Origin: Bacteroidales bacterium
GTDB taxonomy: Bacteria > Bacteroidota > Bacteroidia > Bacteroidales > UBA10428
Assembly (NCBI GenBank): GCA_016934055.1
Contig: JAFGTR010000020.1
Coordinates: forward strand, 628-64,627
Length of the DNA: 64,000 bases
Direction: 5' to 3'
Below the pieces are notes generated by a model. It did not search any database. It saw only the letters and a list, made by a program, of their open reading frames with translations, and had not been told where the DNA came from. The position numbers and the translations under genes are program-made. Shown in pieces: positions 58,243-64,000 of the stretch. Every line of letters starts with the position of its first letter. The stretch's first letter is position 1.

Positions 58243-58947
58243 TTACTGCGGAAAGAAAACATATGTTATAGTTCCTTCCTGTTTGGGAAGTGCTTCGGGA
58301 TCATTATTGAACCTTGCGCTGATGATCGATTCGTGAGCCTCTGTCCTCAGACAGGGATCATTGGTTGAAAGTCCGTTATCTATTGAAGCCTGGATAACAA
58401 ACCCTTTCTGGTCTATGGTAAAATGGAGGACAACCGTACCGCCTTCCTCGCATTTGTAAGCAGGAACATATATATCCCTTATGTGCCAGCGATTTGAGAT
58501 ATTATACCGGATGGTTGCATTTTCCTTGTAAATGATGTTTTTAATCTCCTTCGGTTTTTTGATTTTCTTTTCTTCTTTTTGTATAACCGGTACTTCTTCA
58601 GGGGATTCCAGCTTAATCTCCGGTTTCAGTGATTCAATACCCAACTCCTCCATAACTTCCTGTTCATATTTTTCGGTGCTTAATTCTTCATTCATTTTTT
58701 CAGCCATGTTAACGGCAATATTATGGATAGTCTGGGGATCAAGGGAAGGAATTTCAACCGGTTCTTTTTCCTGTTTGATGATCTCTTCAATGGTTTGCAT
58801 TTCATCAATCAGCTCAATCAGCATCTGTTCCTGCTGTTGTTCTCTGACTTCGCCGATTTTCATGAAAAGAAAAAACATAATCAGCAGCAGATGGACAATA
58901 ACAGTAGCCAGAATACCATTGATATTATTTACCAGAAAGGCTTTCAC
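58243..58947 (-). CDS. TonB-like energy-transducer C-terminal domain protein
   Basis: 234 aa. N-terminal TM anchor, Glu/Pro/Lys-rich spacer, and a C-terminal domain YVPAYKCEEGGTVVLHFTIDQKGFVIQASI resembling TonB_C. Confidence 0.55.
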   Translation of the reverse strand: MKAFLVNNINGILATVIVHLLLIMFFLFMKIGEVREQQQEQMLIELIDEMQTIEEIIKQEKEPVEIPSLDPQTIHNIAVNMAEKMNEELSTEKYEQEVMEELGIESLKPEIKLESPEEVPVIQKEEKKIKKPKEIKNIIYKENATIRYNISNRWHIRDIYVPAYKCEEGGTVVLHFTIDQKGFVIQASIDNGLSTNDPCLRTEAHESIISARFNNDPEALPKQEGTITYVFFPQ

Positions 58948-59332
58948 GGTTTATTTTAATATTCTGTTGTTACAAAAGTAATAATTGCTGTCAATTTTTT
59001 ATGTGGTCATAAATGAGTTATCATTAAAAGTATAAACCTGTTTTTCCGGAAATATTCTTCACCTGAAGTTATTTGACCGGACTTTTGTTCGTGATGCTTA
59101 AACTTCTTGCATTATGCGAAATATTTTTGATGTTTCTCGAAACCGGTCGGACATGTGTGCCGGCAAGGCATTCAATACCGCTGAAAGCAGGAGGAAAGGT
59201 AAATATACCGCCTGCAGAGGCGGCTACGATAAGATCAAATGAAGATACCCTGTCTGCTGGCAGCGGGGAGCTTCATTGTGAAATCAGAAATGGTTATTTT
59301 TGCATAGACGATACCGGATAATTCTCTTCAAT

Positions 59333-62200
59333 ATGGTCAATGTAAAAAAATTTCTTTTTCTGTTATTCTTTTTTATGATCATCTTAAAAATGGAAGGGCA
59401 GTTCTATTCTCAGGGCGAGGATCCGGCATCTGTTCAATGGGAAGAGATTAAAACTGAAAATTTCAATCTTATTTATCCTGTAGGATTTTATCATGAAGCC
59501 AACCGGTTTGCCAATTTGCTTGAGTATTACCGGCCTCAAAGCTCATATTCCCTGAAAAACAAGCCTGCAGGAATTCCTGTGGTCATTCATAACCGGTCAG
59601 TCATCTCAAATGGCTTTGTTTCATGGGCTCCAAGGCGTGTGGAAATTGTTGCATTGCCTGAACAAAACAATTATGCACAGGATTGGCTTGAACAACTTGC
59701 CTTGCATGAATACAGGCATGTTGTACAGGTGGATAAATTCCGGCAGGGTTTTACAAAAGTCTTATCATGGCTGACCGGCGAAATTGCAACAGGGGCAGCC
59801 TCAGCCTATATGCCGAGATGGTTTCTTGAGGGCGACGCCGTGGTTAACGAAACAGCCCTTTCATATACAGGAAGAGGTCGTCTGCCGGCATTTGACATGG
59901 AATTGCGCACGGTTCTTCTTGATCAGGACAGAAAATATTCATATGATCAGGCTTTTAACGGATCATATAAATATTTTATACCGGATCATTATCAGTACGG
60001 ATACCACATGGTTAGTTATGCAAGAATGCGATACGGACATGATTTCTGGGAAAAAGCCATCAATTATGCAGCACGAAACCCTTATGTGATGGCACCGCTG
60101 AGCTTATACAGCCTGAAACACACCGGACTGAACAGGGCAAAACTCTATATGAGATCAATGGATTCAGTAAAGATACTATGGAACAGTAAATTAAGTGATG
60201 TAAAATTAAGTAATTATTCAAGTATTTTGCACAAAAAGACAAGATTGTATCAACAGTATATACTGCCACAACCTCTTTCAGATAAAAGCATTATTGCGCT
60301 GAAGACAGGACCTGACCTGATTGATCAGATTGTTTGCATTGACAGCAGCGGGAATGAGGAAAAACTGCTCGAGATTGGTCCGTCAGGTAAAATGAATCTG
60401 TCAGCCTGTGATGATTATATTTTATGGGATGAGATTGTGATTGACCCCCGATGGGCAAGAAGAAGCTATTCGGTCATCAAATCGTTCAACAGGTTGTCAG
60501 GCACTGAAAAGCAAATAACACACCGTACCCGATATTTTTCACCTGATATATCAAATGATGGTAATAAAATAATTGTTTATGAGACAGATAACGAAAACAA
60601 TAATTTTCTGGTGCTGTTACATTTTCCTGAAGGAGATGTGTTGAAACGTATGCCATCACCAGGGAACAAAATACTCCAGTATCCCGAATGGATTGATGAA
60701 AAACTGGTTGTTGTGGTGACATTTGACGGAAATGAAAAATGCATTGAGACTGTTAATGTTGCAACAGGAGAATGGAAAATAGTTTATCATGCGGGCAAAA
60801 TGGATGTCAGTGAACCTTTAAAATGGCATGATTATATCATTTTCAGGGCATCATATAATGGTATTGATAACATTTATGCCTGTGGACGGGATAGCATGTT
60901 GTATCAGATAACCTCAGCACGTTTCGGAGCCTTTCATCCGGCCATTAGCCATGACAAAAGCCATTTGTTGTATTCGAATTACACATCGGATGGTTTTGAG
61001 GTTGCAATAACAGTCCTTGATACTTTCAGATGGTCGGATGCCAAACGTGATCTGATTTTAAATACGCCGTGGGCTGAAAAACTGAAGCAACAGGAATTGT
61101 CCGGCAAAGGACCCGAAAAAAGTGACTTTAAGCTTTATGAAGCTTCTTCATATAACAAATATTTAAAACTTTTTAAGTTTCACAGCTGGTTGCCGTTTTA
61201 TATCAATATTGATGAGAACAATTTGTCACTCGATTATCAGGCCGTGAGGCCCGGTTTTGTGTTGTTTTCACAAAATCATCTGAGCACTGCTTTTTCAACC
61301 GTCAGTTACCGGTATGATCATGGTTATCATATCATAAGGCCTTCATTTACCTACAAGGGGTGGTATCCGGTTATCAGCCTGTCAGCTGAAATCGGCGGAC
61401 CGGTTAACATAATGCCTTTACCCGGGGATATTGATTTGCCTGAGATCAGGCCTTACAGAAGGACTTTAAAAGTAAAAACCTATGTTCCTTTGTTGTTTTC
61501 AAATGGAAAATATAAGAGTTTAATTCAACCACAACTTGAATATGAATGGTCAAATGATTTATATTACAATGAAATATACAGGTCGGGTTTAGATTTCCTT
61601 CATTTCCGGCTTTATCTGTATCGTTATAGCAGAAGTGCATTGCGGGATCTTTATCCGAAATGGGGACAATTTTTTTCTCTTACTTTTACGGAAACGCCTG
61701 TAGATAAAGGTCAATTCGGGAAATTGTTGTCTGCACAGTTTGATTTTTATTTTCCGGGATTTATGAATCATCATAGTTTCAGATTTAATATGGGTTATCA
61801 GAAACAATTTCACCAGCATTTTTATTTGCCGCTTAACCGCCTGGCTTTTCCAAGGGGATATGAAAGTACAGTAGCTGAGGAGTTTATGAAAGCAAGTGCC
61901 AACTATTCATTTCCTTTTGTATATCCTGATTTTTCACTGAGTTGGTTTTTGTATATAAAACGGATGACAGCCAATGTTTTTTATGATATGTCATACGGAA
62001 AGAATATCCAGGAAACAGCAGATGGTGAAAGAAGGCCATATACAGGGATTTATAATGCTGCAGGGTTGGAATTGTTTATGGATATGCACCTGTTAAGGAT
62101 AATGTTTCCTTTTCGTGCAGGTCTGAGGTATTCTTACCTGCCGGTGAGGAATTCCCATGATGTTGAATTGCTTTTTTCTGTGGATACTGACATATTTTGA
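59333..62200 (+). CDS. large secreted protein: peptidase_MA-like HExxH region + TolB/PD40-like beta-propeller + C-terminal beta-barrel-like region
   Basis: The track ORF starts at 59300; I start at MVNVKKFLFLLFFFMIILK (59333, signal peptide). LALHEYRHVVQ ... PRWFLEGDAVVNE gives HExxH plus a downstream WxxEGxA. The middle has YFSPDISNDGNKIIVY / FHPAISHDKSHLLYS PD40-like repeats. The last roughly 330 aa are Tyr/Phe-rich alternating strands ending in ...LLFSVDTDIF. Confidence 0.6.
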   Translation: MVNVKKFLFLLFFFMIILKMEGQFYSQGEDPASVQWEEIKTENFNLIYPVGFYHEANRFANLLEYYRPQSSYSLKNKPAGIPVVIHNRSVISNGFVSWAPRRVEIVALPEQNNYAQDWLEQLALHEYRHVVQVDKFRQGFTKVLSWLTGEIATGAASAYMPRWFLEGDAVVNETALSYTGRGRLPAFDMELRTVLLDQDRKYSYDQAFNGSYKYFIPDHYQYGYHMVSYARMRYGHDFWEKAINYAARNPYVMAPLSLYSLKHTGLNRAKLYMRSMDSVKILWNSKLSDVKLSNYSSILHKKTRLYQQYILPQPLSDKSIIALKTGPDLIDQIVCIDSSGNEEKLLEIGPSGKMNLSACDDYILWDEIVIDPRWARRSYSVIKSFNRLSGTEKQITHRTRYFSPDISNDGNKIIVYETDNENNNFLVLLHFPEGDVLKRMPSPGNKILQYPEWIDEKLVVVVTFDGNEKCIETVNVATGEWKIVYHAGKMDVSEPLKWHDYIIFRASYNGIDNIYACGRDSMLYQITSARFGAFHPAISHDKSHLLYSNYTSDGFEVAITVLDTFRWSDAKRDLILNTPWAEKLKQQELSGKGPEKSDFKLYEASSYNKYLKLFKFHSWLPFYINIDENNLSLDYQAVRPGFVLFSQNHLSTAFSTVSYRYDHGYHIIRPSFTYKGWYPVISLSAEIGGPVNIMPLPGDIDLPEIRPYRRTLKVKTYVPLLFSNGKYKSLIQPQLEYEWSNDLYYNEIYRSGLDFLHFRLYLYRYSRSALRDLYPKWGQFFSLTFTETPVDKGQFGKLLSAQFDFYFPGFMNHHSFRFNMGYQKQFHQHFYLPLNRLAFPRGYESTVAEEFMKASANYSFPFVYPDFSLSWFLYIKRMTANVFYDMSYGKNIQETADGERRPYTGIYNAAGLELFMDMHLLRIMFPFRAGLRYSYLPVRNSHDVELLFSVDTDIF

Positions 62201-62241
62201 TGAGTCACTGCTGGCAGGGTGCGGGAGTGGAGTGAGAGCGA

Positions 62242-62259
62242 AAATGAGAATGAGAATGA
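62242..62259 (+). repeat. (GAATGA) tandem hexamer, about 3 copies (aaatga gaatga gaatga)
   Basis: Read directly. Confidence 0.85.
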
Positions 62260-62287
62260 GGAAAGAAAGAGAACCAGAAAGGAATCA

Positions 62288-62317
62288 GAATGAGAATGAG
62301 AATGAGAATGAGAATGA
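62288..62317 (+). repeat. (GAATGA)x5 perfect tandem hexamer
   Basis: Read directly. This is the longest array of this unit in the window. Confidence 0.95.
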
Positions 62318-62331
62318 AAAAAGATGGTGTG

Positions 62332-62368
62332 ATGTCTTCAAACCCGGAGGGTTTGTATGTTTATAGAA
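62332..62368 (+). repeat. 37-nt hairpin module H1, copy 3 of 3 (identical to 5073-5109)
   Basis: Read directly. Confidence 0.9.
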
Positions 62369-62390
62369 GGAGTATTTTGGGTTGGTTTTT

Positions 62391-62418
62391 GACCCCATCA
62401 GGGGTCACATGTCAATCA
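62391..62418. repeat. hairpin module H2, copy 2 of 2 (GACCCC-atca-GGGGTC + a + catgtcaatca)
   Basis: The same stem and 11-nt tail as 5132-5159 with a different loop. The 22-nt spacing from H1 is also the same. Confidence 0.8.
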
Positions 62419-62470
62419 GCACAGGGAGAAAGGAATCCGGAACTTTATGCAAATAACAAGGAGGGAATGA

Positions 62471-64000
62471 TTAATATTCATCCCAGCTTTTCACGGTAAT
62501 ATCATCGATGTTGAGTTTACAGATTGCCATAAGAAAGGCACTGGCAAGACGGGCGTTGGTAATGAGGGGTATGTTATAATCGACGGCACTGCGACGGATC
62601 GTGTAGTCGTTGCTAAGTTCGGATTTAGAAAGGTCTTTGGGAATATTGATCACCAGATCGATCATTTTATTTCTGAGATAGTCAAGTGTATTCGGTTTTT
62701 TATTTTCATCAGGCCAGTGAAGGACAGTAGCAGGAATACCATTCATTTCGAGAAACTGTGCCGTACCACGGGTGGCAAAAAGGTTAAATCCCTTTTCAGC
62801 CAGAAGACGGCAACTGTTGACCAGTTCAACCTTCGACCGCATCGGGCCGGTAGACAGAAGGATATTCTTTTTTGGAAATGCATACCCCACGGATAACATC
62901 GATTTTAAAATAGCATCATAAAAGGTTTCACCGATACATCCAACTTCTCCTGTTGATGCCATGTCAACACCAAGAATAGGATCAGCTTTCTGAAGCCTTG
63001 AGAAAGAGAATTGAGGGGCTTTAATACCGATGCAATCAAGATCAAATACTGATTTATTGGGCTTTTCAGCCTCTTTTCCAAGCAGGATTTGGGTGGCCAG
63101 TTCAATGAAATTAACTTTCAATACTTTGGATACAAAGGGAAAACTCCGTGAAGCCCGCAGATTGCATTCTATTACCTTTATATCGTTATCTTTTGCGAGA
63201 AACTGAATATTAAAAGGTCCACTAATATTCAGGGCTTTTGCTATTTGTCTGGAGATTTTTTTTATCCGTCGCATCGTCTCGAAATAGATTTTTTGTGCGG
63301 GAAAAACGATGGTCGCATCACCTGAATGAACTCCGGCAAATTCAACATGTTCACTGATGGCATAGGCCACAAGTTCACCTTCTTTTGCAACAGCATCAAT
63401 TTCAATTTCTTTTGCCTGTTCTATAAATTCAGAGACAACCACCGGATATTGTCTGGAAACTTTGGCAGCAATATTCAGGTAATGTTCCATCTCTTCCTTG
63501 TTGGATACGACATTCATGGCTGCACCTGACAGCACGTAGGAGGGTCGGATTAACACCGGGAAACCCACTTCGCTGACAAAATCCTGAATTTCCTTAATAC
63601 TGGTAAGCTCTTTCCAACGCGGTTGGTCAATCTTAAGGCGATCGCATAACAATGAGAATTTATGACGGTCTTCAGCATTGTCAATTGAAACAGGAGAAGT
63701 CCCCAGAATGCTGACATCCTGTTGATGAAGGCGCATTGCCAGATTATTGGGAATCTGACCGCCCATGGAAAGAATGACGCCCCCGGGTTTTTCAATATCG
63801 ATGATATCCATTACACGTTCAAAGGATAGTTCGTCAAAATACAATCTGTCACAGACATCATAATCTGTACTGACCGTTTCAGGATTATAGTTTATCATCA
63901 CCGACTGATATCCTTCTTTGTTTATGGCATATAATGCATTGACGCTGCACCAGTCAAATTCAACACTGCTGCCGATTCTGTATGCTCCTGAACCCAGCAC
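62471..64000 (-). CDS. carB: carbamoyl-phosphate synthase large subunit, C-terminal half (gene continues beyond right edge)
   Basis: 509 aa shown. Second ATP-grasp half (GGQIPNNLA ... VLIRPSYVLSGAAM ... EVGCIG), oligomerisation region and C-terminal MGS-like allosteric domain. Confidence 0.95.
   Translation of the reverse strand: MLGSGAYRIGSSVEFDWCSVNALYAINKEGYQSVMINYNPETVSTDYDVCDRLYFDELSFERVMDIIDIEKPGGVILSMGGQIPNNLAMRLHQQDVSILGTSPVSIDNAEDRHKFSLLCDRLKIDQPRWKELTSIKEIQDFVSEVGFPVLIRPSYVLSGAAMNVVSNKEEMEHYLNIAAKVSRQYPVVVSEFIEQAKEIEIDAVAKEGELVAYAISEHVEFAGVHSGDATIVFPAQKIYFETMRRIKKISRQIAKALNISGPFNIQFLAKDNDIKVIECNLRASRSFPFVSKVLKVNFIELATQILLGKEAEKPNKSVFDLDCIGIKAPQFSFSRLQKADPILGVDMASTGEVGCIGETFYDAILKSMLSVGYAFPKKNILLSTGPMRSKVELVNSCRLLAEKGFNLFATRGTAQFLEMNGIPATVLHWPDENKKPNTLDYLRNKMIDLVINIPKDLSKSELSNDYTIRRSAVDYNIPLITNARLASAFLMAICKLNIDDITVKSWDEY

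Noticed and set aside
59150-59270. Identification of the GC-rich leader as SRP RNA or a cobalamin or TPP riboswitch
   Set aside because: The remembered hallmarks are missing or in the wrong order on both strands. These are the SRP domain IV GGAA/AGCA arrangement, the B12 box GCCACTG and the TPP CUGAGA.
59073-59321. 82-aa ORF in the leader of the large HExxH gene
   Set aside because: It has no motif, its composition is unlike neighbouring genes, and it overlaps the start of the downstream gene. The region is better described as a structured non-coding segment.
62242-62317. CRISPR array hypothesis for the tandem repeats
   Set aside because: The units are only 6-7 nt, are directly tandem without spacers, and no cas genes are present.

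Overview
This 64-kb chromosomal window looks like a Bacteroidota genome. Supporting signs are a propeller/Y_Y_Y sensor kinase, a DUF4271-hemD pair, a T9SS-type C-terminal relic, SpII lipoproteins and no Shine-Dalgarno-dependent spacing. I call about 56 protein genes. Nearly all are recognisable housekeeping, envelope or regulatory functions: ldhA, gpmA, lgt, rnr, dnaG, rpiB, nadA, ruvB, pheS, dut, ybeY, mnmG, uvrC, ispB, polA, rsgA, dtd, hemD, an S41 protease and carB. There is one tRNA-Gln(UUG). I found no rRNA, CRISPR array, cas genes, transposase, integrase, phage genes, or recognisable defence or toxin-antitoxin system, and I cannot point to a clear-cut new multi-gene system. Five things are not explained by ordinary annotation. 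(1) A family of mosaic intergenic elements occurs at three loci (about 4.9-5.2 kb, 52.4-52.6 kb, 62.2-62.4 kb). Each has a near-identical 37-nt hairpin module, two loci add a second related hairpin at a conserved 22-nt spacing, and all are preceded by degenerate 6-7-nt periodic tracts; smaller related words are scattered in other intergenic regions. (2) A 13.4-kb block (about 22.3-35.7 kb) made only of core genes has clearly different codon usage (Arg almost only AGA/AGG) and lacks all of those repeats. This suggests an assembly chimera or a replaced segment. (3) A PadR operon carries two paralogous PspC-domain proteins and a perfect palindrome upstream. (4) A 955-aa HExxH + beta-propeller + C-terminal barrel-like protein sits behind an unusually structured, GC-rich leader. 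(5) A nested inverted-repeat (MITE-like) cluster lies downstream of uvrC. All functional calls rest on motif recognition by eye, and no database search was possible.
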